Below are positions 32,903 to 42,073 of a stretch of 64,000 nucleotides of DNA, in pieces. The DNA comes from an uncultured Acidobacteriota bacterium. Its GTDB lineage: Bacteria > Acidobacteriota > Vicinamibacteria > Vicinamibacterales > JAHECP01. The stretch covers positions 32,405 to 96,404 of the forward strand of contig CAWEUE010000005.1 of NCBI GenBank assembly GCA_963812185.1, in the 5' to 3' direction. The position numbers and the translations under genes are program-made. The notes under the pieces were generated by a model. The model searched no databases. It was not told where the DNA came from and saw only the letters and a list, made by a program, of their open reading frames with translations. Each line of letters opens with the position of its first letter. Within the stretch, counting starts at the first letter, position 1.

Positions 32903-34311
32903 CGCCCGCCGACGACGGCGTTGGAGACGAAGGCCTCGCCGCCGCGCTGCAGACGGTCGAGGATCGTGCGGTTGAGCGCGTCGAGGTGGCGTTCGACGGC
33001 CGGGTCTCCGACGTTCGGCCGCAGATCGCGCGGCACGTAGCGGAACGTGGTGATGCTCAGCTCGCGGCTCACCAGTTCCAGCTCGTCGCAGCCGCGGACC
33101 GCGTCCGCCATGGCTCCCGCCAGGCGGATGTCGTCGGCGATCATCCTGCGGTAGCCCTCCGCTCCAACCTGCCTCAACGCGAGCCACACCTTGAGGGCGC
33201 GGAACCCTCTCGAGTTCTGCGGCCCGTAGTCGAGGTAGTTGGTCGCCTGCTCGTCGAAGTGGTAGTAGGGCGGGTGATAGGCGAACGCCGCTCGCAGCCG
33301 TTCGGGGTCGCGCACCAGCGCGCAGCCGGCCTCGAGCGGCGCGTAGAGCCACTTGTGCGGATCGACCGCGACCGAGTCGGCCGCGGTCAGGCCGCGCAGG
33401 TCGCCGGATGCGTCGGGAAGGGCGGCGGCGAACGCGCCGTAGGCCCCGTCGACGTGGAACCAGGCGCCGTGCTCCGTGCACACCGCGCGGATGTCGCGCA
33501 GGGGATCGACCGCGCCCGTGCTCACCGACCCCGCCGTGCCGACCACCAGGCACGGCACGTCTCCTTCCGCCCGGTCCGCCTCAATCTGGCGGCGCAGCGC
33601 GGAGACGTCCATGCGGAGGCCGGCGTCGGTCGGAATCCACCGGATCGCCGCGGTGCCGAGGCCGGTGATGTCAGCGGCCTTCTGCAGCCAGGTGTGGGTC
33701 TCGACCGACGCGTACACCCGCAGCCGCCGCCCGTCGCCGCCGCCGACGCCGCGCTCCCGGACGTCCCACCCGGCCTTCGCGGCGCGCGCGGCCAGGAAGC
33801 ACGCGACGTTGGCCATGTTGCCGCCGCTCACGAGGAGGCCGCCGCAGTCAGCGGGATAGCCGATGAGCCCGGCAATCCAGCGCACGGTCTGCGCCTCGAT
33901 TTCGGTGGCGGCCGGCGACAGGGCCCACGCGCCGACGTTGGCGTTCAGGGCCGCGGCCAGGAAGTCGCCGAGCACGCCGATGGGCGCCGGCGGCGCCGTG
34001 ATGTAGCCGAAGAAGCGGGGGTGCGCGTTGAACAGCGAGTGCTCGAACAGCAGTCGCGCGGTCCGCTCCAGCAGGGGGCCCGGATCGGTTCCCGACTCGG
34101 GAAGCGGACCCGACAGATCGAGCGTCTGCCGCAGCGCGGTCGGCGACTCGTCACGCGTGACCGGGCCGCGCGGCACCGCGTCGAGCGACTCGGCCAGCTG
34201 GTCGACCAGGCGGTGCCCCAGCGCGCGGAAGGTCGCCGCGTCCATGGCGAGCGGCGCCCGCCGGACGGAGTCGTCCGCCGCCGGCGCGTGTCCGTGTGAG
34301 CGCTTCGTCAT
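32782..34311 (-). CDS. PLP-dependent group II (aromatic-L-amino-acid type) decarboxylase
   Basis: SGGNMANVACFLAAR, HVDGAYGAF and VDPHKWLYAPLEAGC (PLP lysine) are present. Confidence 0.85.
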   Translation of the reverse strand: MTKRSHGHAPAADDSVRRAPLAMDAATFRALGHRLVDQLAESLDAVPRGPVTRDESPTALRQTLDLSGPLPESGTDPGPLLERTARLLFEHSLFNAHPRFFGYITAPPAPIGVLGDFLAAALNANVGAWALSPAATEIEAQTVRWIAGLIGYPADCGGLLVSGGNMANVACFLAARAAKAGWDVRERGVGGGDGRRLRVYASVETHTWLQKAADITGLGTAAIRWIPTDAGLRMDVSALRRQIEADRAEGDVPCLVVGTAGSVSTGAVDPLRDIRAVCTEHGAWFHVDGAYGAFAAALPDASGDLRGLTAADSVAVDPHKWLYAPLEAGCALVRDPERLRAAFAYHPPYYHFDEQATNYLDYGPQNSRGFRALKVWLALRQVGAEGYRRMIADDIRLAGAMADAVRGCDELELVSRELSITTFRYVPRDLRPNVGDPAVERHLDALNRTILDRLQRGGEAFVSNAVVGGRYFLRACIVNFHTTRADVEATVDIAARVGREVDAELRRAT

Positions 34312-35141
34312 TCGTCGATCCCTTCGAACAGATCCGTCTCCAGAGCGCGCCCGCCGTTGACGGTGCTGAACGCGCGGTAGAACGACTGCCGGCCCCAGAG
34401 CGCCCGGTGGTGCTCGGGCGGCAGGTCCCTCAGCCGCTCGTAGGCGGCCACCTGCGACTCGTGACACGACACCGCGCGCCAGACCACGGGCCACACGTCG
34501 CCGGTATCGATGACGGTGGTGATGGCCCAGTCCGGCCAGGGTACCGCATGGCGTTCGACGCCGTCGACCGCCGACGACAGCGTGCCGACGGCGGCCTGGT
34601 AGGCGCGCCACGTCGATTCCGGCCAGGCCAGGTAGTAGAGCTTCGACACGGCATGCGGCGGCGCCCCGGCGTCCGCGCCGCCGGAGTCGAACCCTCCGTC
34701 CGCCGCCGCCACGACCGCCGCCGTCGCGAGCTGCGAGATCGCGATGTGATCCGGATGCCCGTACGCGCCGTCCGGCCCGAACGTGACGACGACGTCGGGC
34801 CGCGTCCGCCTGAGCTCCCCGACGATGCGCCGGATCGCCTCGCGCGGCTCGGCGCGGTCGAGGTGCTGGTCGGGGTAGCCCAGCAGCGAGAGCCCGCGCA
34901 CGCCCAGCGCCGCCGCGGCCGCCCGCAGCTCGGCCTCGCGGAGGGTCGCCAGCGCCTCCGGGCCGGGGTGGCGGGGATCGCCGCGGCGAAGGCCGCGGAA
35001 GCGGCCGCCGTCGCCGCGCGTCGCCGTGACCAGGAACACGTCCACCCCGTCCGACGCGTACCGGGCCAGCGTGCCGCCCACCCCCAGGGACTCGTCGTCC
35101 GGGTGGGCCAGCACCGCCATCAGCCTCGCGCGTCTCGTCAT
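34308..35141 (-). CDS. PIG-L / LmbE-family deacetylase
   Basis: MAVLAHPDDESLGVGGTLA and GYPDQHL...GHPDHIA are present. ATGA overlaps link it to both neighbours. Confidence 0.85.
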   Translation of the reverse strand: MTRRARLMAVLAHPDDESLGVGGTLARYASDGVDVFLVTATRGDGGRFRGLRRGDPRHPGPEALATLREAELRAAAAALGVRGLSLLGYPDQHLDRAEPREAIRRIVGELRRTRPDVVVTFGPDGAYGHPDHIAISQLATAAVVAAADGGFDSGGADAGAPPHAVSKLYYLAWPESTWRAYQAAVGTLSSAVDGVERHAVPWPDWAITTVIDTGDVWPVVWRAVSCHESQVAAYERLRDLPPEHHRALWGRQSFYRAFSTVNGGRALETDLFEGIDE

Positions 35142-35677
35142 GCGGCCGCCCCGGCCAGCGCGGCACGGATCCGCGCCAGGTGGTGGTAGCTGTGACGGAC
35201 CGCGTGGTCCTCGAGAAAGAACTGGCACGTGAGCGGCGCGTCGGCGTAGAGGGAGACCGTCGCCGCCCGGTCGAGCTCCTCGTCGCTGAGCGCGCGAATG
35301 GCGGCGGCCGCCGCCGCGGCGTTGCGGCGAAGCAGGTCGAGCGCCGCGTCCTTCGTGGCCGCCTGGTTCTCGTCGGCGTGCCTGGCGTTGAGCTCGTGCA
35401 CCGTGCTCCACGTCACGTCGGCGATGGCCTCGCCGGCGGCGAGGACCTGCGCCAGCTGGATCTCCAGCGGGTACATCGTCGCGACGTGGTGAACCACCAC
35501 GCCGATCGCGCGACCGTCTCCAGGGACGCGGGTTCGCCACTCGACGTCGGTGAGCGCGCTCGCGGCGGCGTCGAGCGCGCGGGCTCCCTGTTCGAGGCGT
35601 TCGGCGAGAGCGTGTGCGCGCGTGCTGACCGCCGTCAGCGGCGAGGCAACGGATACGGGCGAGGCAACGGCTGGCAT
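35138..35677 (-). CDS. DinB-superfamily (DinB_2-like) protein
   Basis: The size and four-helix pattern fit, with His-containing motifs (VVVHHVATMYP, HSYHHLARI). Confidence 0.65.
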   Translation of the reverse strand: MPAVASPVSVASPLTAVSTRAHALAERLEQGARALDAAASALTDVEWRTRVPGDGRAIGVVVHHVATMYPLEIQLAQVLAAGEAIADVTWSTVHELNARHADENQAATKDAALDLLRRNAAAAAAAIRALSDEELDRAATVSLYADAPLTCQFFLEDHAVRHSYHHLARIRAALAGAAA

Positions 35678-35837
35678 GTGTCATCCTCCATGACGGCCGC
35701 GCGGAATTGCGCGGCACGTCCACGGTATCCGAGGCCCGAGCCCGCAGCCATGCGCGAGCGTCCGGTTCGCGTGGCAGGGCATCCGAATGTGCGCCCGACC
35801 TGCTCGTCCGTCCGACCGCGATGCCCGTGCGTCCGGC
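35678..35837. repeat. copy B of the ~160-bp upstream-leader repeat (core 35747-35837)
   Basis: See copy A. It has the same orientation and sits 70 nt from the minus-strand start codon, against 73 nt for copy A. Confidence 0.75.
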
Positions 35838-35974
35838 CCGCGGGCGACCCGGGCGCGAGAAGGGCGACCTTCGCGGTGGTCCGGCCGCTGGACCAGACGG
35901 CGGAGCTGGGCCGCGCGAGTGCTCCTACAATATCCGCACCCGCTCATCCGTCTACACCCATAGAAGCAGGCCCC

Positions 35975-36038
35975 GCCTTCGCCGCAGCTACGGCGGGGCA
36001 GGCGGCGCCTTCGCGGCAGCTACGGCGGGGCAGGCGGC
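35975..36038. repeat. tandem duplication, 2 x 32 bp (GCCTTCGCSGCAGCTACGGCGGGGCAGGCGGC)
   Basis: There is one mismatch between the units. It ends 16 nt before the ECF sigma ATG. Confidence 0.85.
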
Positions 36039-36054
36039 GGCGAGTTGGGAGCCG

Positions 36055-36615
36055 ATGACGCTCGAACAGGACCGGCGAATCGCCGACGTCGTCGACCGGG
36101 AGCAGTCCCGGCTCCGCCGGTTCATCCGGCGCCGGGTGCCCGACCCGGGCGACGTCGAGGACATCCTCCAGGACGTGTTCGTCGAGCTGGTGGAGGCGAA
36201 CCGCCTGCTGATGCCGATCGACCACGTCACCGGCTGGCTGTTCCGCGTCGCGCGCAACCGCATCATCGATCTCTTCCGGAAGAAGAAGCCGGACCGGCTC
36301 GGCGACGCCGCCGTGGCTGACGACGCCGGCGAGGCGGCGCCGCGGGTGGAGGACCTGCTGCCGTCGCCGGACGCCGGGCCCGACGCGCTCTACGCCCGCC
36401 GCGTGCTGCTCGAGGCGCTGGACCTGGCGATCGACGAGCTGCCGCGGGACCAGCGCGAGGTGTTCGTGGCGCACGAGCTCGACGGGCGCAGCTTCAAGGA
36501 GATGGCGGCCGCGACCGGCGTGAGCGCGAACACGCTGCTGTCGCGCAAACGCTACGCCGTGCGGCGGCTGCGCGAGCGGCTGCAGACCGTCTACGACGAG
36601 TTCACCCGGACGTGA
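36055..36615 (+). CDS. ECF-type RNA polymerase sigma factor
   Basis: EDILQDVFVELV and TGWLFRVARNRIIDLFRKK mark region 2. LPRDQREVFVAHELDGRSFKEMAAATGVSANTLLSRKRYA marks region 4. Confidence 0.88.
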   Translation: MTLEQDRRIADVVDREQSRLRRFIRRRVPDPGDVEDILQDVFVELVEANRLLMPIDHVTGWLFRVARNRIIDLFRKKKPDRLGDAAVADDAGEAAPRVEDLLPSPDAGPDALYARRVLLEALDLAIDELPRDQREVFVAHELDGRSFKEMAAATGVSANTLLSRKRYAVRRLRERLQTVYDEFTRT

Positions 36616-36625
36616 GGAGCCGATC

Positions 36626-37009
36626 ATGAGCACGAAGAAGTGGTTCGTCTTTGCCCCGCTGGCGATTCTGGGCCTGGCGCTGTTCGTCGTCGTGGGCGGC
36701 GAGGTCGTCAAGCTGCTGTGGAACTGGCTGCTGCCGCCGCTCTTCGGCTGGCCGGCGATCGGCTTCTGGCAGGGCCTGGGCATCCTGGCGCTGTGCCGGA
36801 TCCTGTTCGGCGGCTGCGGGTTCGGCGGCTCCAGCCGCTCGCGGGTCCGCGATCGCGTCCACGCGCGCGTGGGCGAGCGCATGGCCGACCGCATGGCGGA
36901 GCGCATGGAGCGCATGACAGACGAGGAACGGGAGCGCTTCCGGCAACGCGTCCGCGAGCGCTTCGGTTTCGGGCCCTCCGGGGGGCGCGAGGCCGCGCCG
37001 GAGGAGTGA
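36626..37009 (+). CDS. membrane protein downstream of the ECF sigma (candidate anti-sigma or regulon member)
   Basis: Two TM helices are followed by an Arg/Glu-rich tail. It starts 10 nt after the sigma stop. Confidence 0.55.
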   Translation: MSTKKWFVFAPLAILGLALFVVVGGEVVKLLWNWLLPPLFGWPAIGFWQGLGILALCRILFGGCGFGGSSRSRVRDRVHARVGERMADRMAERMERMTDEERERFRQRVRERFGFGPSGGREAAPEE

Positions 37010-37072
37010 TGCCGTGCTGAGCCATGCGCCGGTTGATGCGGTGCGCCGATCGGTGGGATAACTGACGCGGGT

Positions 37073-37264
37073 ATGCAGCCCCGCCGTTCCCTCTCCGCCG
37101 GCTTCCGTCTGGGCCCCTGGACCGTGACGCCGGAGGACGGTTCGCTGGCCTCCGGCGGCAGGACGGCCCGCCTCGAGCCGCTCGTCATCGAGGAGCCGTT
37201 CGGGATTCCCGCGGGCATCGCCCGGCAGGCGCTCGAGGGCGTCGCGCTGAGCGAGGAGCCTTAG
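37073..37264 (+). pseudogene. N-terminal remnant of a CadC/OmpR-type winged-helix (Trans_reg_C) protein
   Basis: FRLGPWTVTPEDGSLASGGRTARLEPLV matches the start of that DNA-binding domain. The match is then lost and the ORF stops after 63 codons. Confidence 0.4.
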
Positions 37265-37290
37265 GCCCCGGGGGCTGGAGGGTCGTCAGC

Positions 37291-37306
37291 GCCGGCTGAA
37301 GCCGGC
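37291..37306. terminator. hairpin GCCGGC-TGAA-GCCGGC followed by CCCTAC
   Basis: It lies between convergent 3' ends. The TGAA loop and CTAC tail resemble the 72-bp repeat hairpins. Confidence 0.35.
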
Positions 37307-37329
37307 CCCTACACCCGACTACACTCGAC

Positions 37330-39790
37330 TCACGTCCGCACGCGAACGACGACGCCCGACGAGCCGTCGACGCGGACGACGTCTCCGTCGCGCAGCAGGC
37401 GCGTGACGCCGTCGATGTTCGCGACGCACGGAATGCCGTACTCGCGCGCGACGATCCCGGCGTGACTGAGCGCCCCGCCGATCTCGACGACAACGCCGGC
37501 GGCCCGCGCGAAGAGCGGCGTCCAGGCCGGGTCGGTGGCGGGCGCGACGAGCACCGCTCCGGCCGGGAACCGCGGGCTCTCGACCGGCGACGCGAGCACG
37601 CAGACCTCGCCTTCCACGACACCCGGGCTGATGCCGTTGCCCCGCAGGACCGCGGGGCCGGCGCCGTCCGGCGGGTCGAGAAGGGCCATCGACGCAATCT
37701 CCTCGCTCGTGAAGCGGTTCGGCACCTCGATGCGGCGCCAGGCCGCGACGCGCGTCCGTTCCCTGGCCACGGCGACGTCGGCGGCGAAGGCCGCGTCGGT
37801 CACGGCGCGCGTCAGCTCGTCGAGGCTCAGGCGCCAGACGTCCTCGCGCGCGCGCAGCCGGCCCCGCGCGGTGAGCCTGCTTCCCAGCTCGAGCCCGACA
37901 CGGCGCAGCCGCGTGATGACCTTGACCACCGCGCTCCGCAAGAGCTCCCGCAGCGCCATGAGCCGTTTGAGATCGCCGACGCCACGCTCGACCCGGCGGC
38001 GCGCCGCGGGCCCGCACAGCCGCTCGACTTCCTTCCAGGCCTGCGCGGAGTCCAGGCGGCGCCGCTCGCGGCTCGACTCGGCCGGCGGTCCCTCCAGGAT
38101 TATGGGGAACAACACGCGCGCCAGCTCTCGCAGGTCCTCACCGTAACGCGGGTAGGAGAGGTCGCTCTCGAACGGCCCCCGGTGGCCGTAGCGGGCGAGC
38201 CACTGCTCCACCTCCTGCCAGAGCCCGGCGGGAAGCCCGTCTTGCCAGTAGCGGGCGGCCGCGTGGGCCGGCGTCACCGCGCGCGCGAACGCGCCGGCTC
38301 CGCCCCATGTGCGCATCGAGTCGGCCAGCGCGAGCAGATCGTCCAGCTGCTGCGAAGAGACCGACAGCGTCCCGCCGGCCAGGAGGCGCGCGAGCAGGGC
38401 CCGCGGCGTGGGATGCGCGCGCAGCTTCATCAGCACGTTGTACTGAACGTTCGTCATGACGCCGGCGACGGTGATGGCGTGGACCGCCCACTGGCGCGGC
38501 ATGCCGCCGGCGAGCTCGCCGAGCAGGTCGAGCAGCTGCCGGTCGTCCGCCGCCGCAACGTCCACCGCCGCCAGCCGGCCTTCGATCTCGTCCATCCTCG
38601 AGATGAAGCCGGTCGCGTCGCGCTCGGCCCGTACCCACACCGCGAGGGCGCGCAGCAGGAGGCCGGGATGACGCAGGAGCTTCGTCATCTTCACCGGCGC
38701 CACGCGGTCGTCGGGCTGCGCCGAGCCGCCGAACTCGGCCTGCGTCGCCTGCTGCGAGACGCCGAAGAGCTCGGCGACCGCGAAGATCCGCTCGTTGAAG
38801 ACGGGGCGCCCGTGAACGGTCGTGAAGAGCGGCACCTCGGCGTCCGATTCGAAGGCGGTAGCGGTGCAGGATGTCCCGCTCCGCCCCGTCGAGCGCGGGG
38901 CAGAGCACCGAGCGCGCGAACGCCGAGGGGATGTCGGGGAGGACGTCGCGAACGTTCGCCCGCGTCCAGGTTTCGCCGGCGGGGACGTCCGCCTGGAGGG
39001 GGCGCGTCGCGGGCCGCGCCTGCAGGAACCACAGCGCGCCGCCGGCGCAGGCCCACTCGACGTCGAGGGGGCGGCCGGCGAGCCGCTCGAGGCGGTCGAC
39101 GCCGTCGGCCAGCTCGCCCGCGAGGCGGTCGTCGAGGACGCGGCCGTGCTGGCGGTCCGGCGCGAGCGGGACGCGAGCGAGGCGCTGGTTGCGGAGCGTG
39201 ACCGCGTGCGTCTGCGTCGGCGCCGTTCGGCGCTCCACCCGCCAGTCCGTGCCGGCGCGGCGCATGACGAGCGCCTCGGGCGTCGCCTGGCCGTCCACTG
39301 CCGTCTCGCCGAGCCCGATGACGGCCTCGACGACCACCCGATCGCCGCCCGCGCCGAACGCGACGCCCGCGCACTCGCTCGGGATCATCTCCTGGACGAT
39401 CACGCCGCACGGGCCGGTGGGCGGCGGGAGGCCGAGCTGCCCGCGATAGGCGCGCGCGCGACTGGACAGGGCCGATGCGGCCACCCGGCGGATCGCGTCC
39501 TGAAGCCCTTCGAGCCGGACCCCCAGCAGCGTGTCGTGGATGCCGGCGAAGCTGGAATCGCGCGCGTCCTCGTCACCCGCGGAGCTCCGCACGGCGAACA
39601 GGTCGCGGCCGCCGCGCTCGAGTGTCGCTTCGAGCCGCCCGATCTCCTCGCGCGACGCGCCGGGCAGCACGACCCACGCCGGCGGCACGGGCAGGCGCGC
39701 GCGCATGACGAGCTGCAACCCCCGGGCCTTGCCGCCGGCCGCGGCCGGCGGCAAGGCCTCCGAATCGAGGCGTAGGATGCGCGAGTCCAT
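37330..39790 (-). CDS. PEP-utilising enzyme with rifampicin-phosphotransferase-like architecture (N-terminal ATP-grasp/PPDK_N, C-terminal swivel His domain); +1 frameshift at 38860
   Basis: AAGGKARGLQ, VRSSAGDEDARDSSFAGIHDT and DVEWA mark the N-terminal part. The C-terminal region is GISPGVVEGEVCVL...ATDPAWTPLFARAAGVVVEIGGALSHAGIVAREYGIPCV. Confidence 0.8.
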
Positions 39791-39801
39791 GAGAAGGCCT
39801 T

Positions 39802-40443
39802 TCACGACAACCCCGGTAGGCGTCCCTCGGCTGGCGCCGTGAGGCCGGCCGCGCAAAACGTCACCAGCTCCTGGAGGAGCGCTTCGCCCCGCGGCGCGTC
39901 GAAGCGCCCGCGGGCCATCAGCTCGAGGTCGGAGTAGTTGGTCAGGGTGAGGATGAGGGCGCCGAGCATGAAGTGGGCGCGGCTGATGATCTGCGGGCCG
40001 GAGAGCCCGGCGGGCAGGGCGCGCTTGATGGCGTCCGAGAACCGGGGCAGCACGCTCTCGAACAGCTCGATGAACACCTGGCGCTGGGCCGGCGTGTAGG
40101 CGACGTGCATCTGTCCGAGCAGACGCGCGAAGTCCGGGTGCTCGCTCAGCAGATCGATCGCCGGCGCGAAGAACGCGCGGAGCACCGGCTCGATCGGCGG
40201 CCCGGCGGGGCCGGCCGCGGCTTCGATCTGGTCGAGCCGCCGCAGGCGTTCCGCGTTGAGCGGCTCCGTCCGCCGCCGCAGCACGTCGCGGATCAGGCCG
40301 TCGCGGCTGCCGAAGTAGTAGTGGGCCAGGGCGACGTTGGCGCCGGCCTCGGCGAGGACCGCGCGCACCGAAACCCCGTCGACGCCGCGGGCGGCGAACA
40401 GCCGCTCGGCCGAATCGAGGATGGCCGTCTTCGTGTCCGTCAT
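39802..40443 (-). CDS. TetR/AcrR family transcriptional regulator
   Basis: ILDSAERLFAARGVDGVSVRAVLAEAGANVALAHYYFGSRDGL. Confidence 0.88.
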   Translation of the reverse strand: MTDTKTAILDSAERLFAARGVDGVSVRAVLAEAGANVALAHYYFGSRDGLIRDVLRRRTEPLNAERLRRLDQIEAAAGPAGPPIEPVLRAFFAPAIDLLSEHPDFARLLGQMHVAYTPAQRQVFIELFESVLPRFSDAIKRALPAGLSGPQIISRAHFMLGALILTLTNYSDLELMARGRFDAPRGEALLQELVTFCAAGLTAPAEGRLPGLS

Positions 40444-40490
40444 CTCGTGAAGGTCCCGTGGATTTCCAGCGTGCCCATGCTCATATTAAA

Positions 40491-40506
40491 TTAATCAATT
40501 GATTAA
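40491..40506. promoter_or_regulatory. perfect 16-bp palindrome TTAATCAATTGATTAA, candidate TetR operator
   Basis: It is the only AT-rich patch in the TetR / GNAT divergent intergenic region. Confidence 0.6.
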
Positions 40507-40591
40507 TAGAAATCAAGCCCAAAGTCCGCCTTGTGGGAGGAGGGCGCTTCGCCTACGATCCCGGGGCCTCGGACCAAGGAGGGAACCGAAC

Positions 40592-40993
40592 GTGGTCACC
40601 TACCAACTCGAACCGGCTCTGGATGTCGACGAGTTCGTCGACGTGCTCGTCCGTTCCACCCTCGCCGAACGGCGCCCGGTCGATCGGCGGGACATCATCG
40701 CCGGCATGCTCGCGCGAGCCGACATCATCCTGACGGCCAGGATCGGCCCGGAGCTGGCAGGTGTGTCGCGCGCGCTCACCGACTTCAGCTACTGCACGTA
40801 CCTGTCGGATCTGGCCGTGGATCGCGCGCACCAGGGAAAGGGCATCGGGCGGGAGCTGGTCCGGCGGACGCACGAGGCCGCCGGGCTGCACACGTACCTG
40901 CTCCTGCTGGCCGCCCCCGCCGCGCGCACCTACTACCCGCACATCGGCATGCAGCCGCACGACTCGGCGTGGATCATTCCCCGCCGGCCGTAA
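40592..40993 (+). CDS. GNAT family N-acetyltransferase
   Basis: The GTG start follows an [28 protein letters not shown] (acetyl-CoA motif A) is present. Confidence 0.75.
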   Translation: MVTYQLEPALDVDEFVDVLVRSTLAERRPVDRRDIIAGMLARADIILTARIGPELAGVSRALTDFSYCTYLSDLAVDRAHQGKGIGRELVRRTHEAAGLHTYLLLLAAPAARTYYPHIGMQPHDSAWIIPRRP

Positions 40994-41023
40994 GGGCGCG
41001 ACGCCGGACCGGACGGTCCCTGC

Positions 41024-41290
41024 TTGACTCTCCTGAACAGGGCAGGGCATATCTTCGGTCACCCCCCCGAGATCGGCGGGCACACCGACAACGTGGAGAC
41101 GCCGGCCTACAACCAGACGCTGTCCGAGAAGCGCGCCGCGGCGGTCAAGGACTGGCTGGTCGCGCACGGCGTGGCGGCGTCGCGCCTGACCTCGCGCGGC
41201 TACGGCGAGACCCGGGCCGACTTCGGCATGGAGATCCTCGGACCGCCCCTTCCGCCGAGCCCGCGTGACACCAGAACGACGCTGGTGTAA
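41024..41290 (+). pseudogene. OmpA_C-like domain fragment lacking its N-terminal part
   Basis: Only IGGHTDNVETPAYNQTLSEKRAAAVKDWLVAHGVAASRLTSRGYGETR is recognisable. There is no preceding domain or signal peptide, and the C-terminal end is degenerate. Confidence 0.5.
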
Positions 41291-41383
41291 ACTGCGCGAG
41301 CTTTTCCCGGCCCCACAGCTCAACCAGCCACACGGAGGAACGCTCGAGGCTTGCTCGAGCTCGGCAAGGAGGAGGGTGTGTCG

Positions 41384-42025
41384 ATGAGCCCCAACGGACG
41401 TCACGGTTCGGCGAACCTTCGGGAAATCCTGTGCCGCCGCCTGCTGGCGGCGGCGTCCCTGGCGGTGGCGGCGGCGGTTGCCGCGTGCGGTCAGCCCGCG
41501 CCCCCGGCCGCGTCGGTGGCCTCGTCGGCGCCCGCCCAGTCCCAGATCGAGCGCGGCCGCGTGCTCGTGGTCGCCGGCGGCTGCCACGACTGCCACTCAC
41601 CCAAGAAGATGGGCCCGAACGGACCGGAGCCCGACATGAGCCGGATGCTCTCGGGCCATCCCGAGGGAGAAGCCGTCCCGGCTCCTTACCAGCCGGCGCC
41701 GGGCAGCCCGTGGGTCGTGGCGACGACCGCCGACCTCACGGCGTGGAGCGGGCCGTGGGGCGTCTCGTTCCCGGCGAATCTCACGCCCGACCCGAACACG
41801 GGTCTGCGCAGCGGCGTGTGGACGGAGGAGCTCTTCATCAAGGCGCTCAGGACCGGCAAGCACATGGGCACCGCGCGCGACATCCTGCCGCCGATGCCCT
41901 GGCAGCTCTACAGCCAGCTGAGCGACGATGATCTCAAGGCCATCTGGGCGTACCTGGGCAGCATCCCGCCCATCGCCAACCACGTGCCGGACCCGATTCC
42001 GCCCGCCGCGGCGCCCGCGAAGTGA
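41384..42025 (+). CDS. c-type cytochrome lipoprotein (single CHDCH haem site)
   Basis: AAGGAGGAGGG RBS, lipobox-like AAVAAC, GGCHDCHSPK, and a C-terminal PPMPW...LKAIWAYL. Confidence 0.75.
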   Translation: MSPNGRHGSANLREILCRRLLAAASLAVAAAVAACGQPAPPAASVASSAPAQSQIERGRVLVVAGGCHDCHSPKKMGPNGPEPDMSRMLSGHPEGEAVPAPYQPAPGSPWVVATTADLTAWSGPWGVSFPANLTPDPNTGLRSGVWTEELFIKALRTGKHMGTARDILPPMPWQLYSQLSDDDLKAIWAYLGSIPPIANHVPDPIPPAAAPAK

Positions 42026-42073
42026 CGCCCGGCGGGACGCCCGCGTGGCGTCCCACCTGGGTCTGTGATACGA

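Noticed and set aside
30793-34299. 1168-aa plus-strand ORF spanning AraC, GH43 and the decarboxylase region
   Set aside because: It is a composite of out-of-frame and antisense sequence. Only residues corresponding to 31672-31851 (the GH43 N-terminus) are real coding sequence in this frame.
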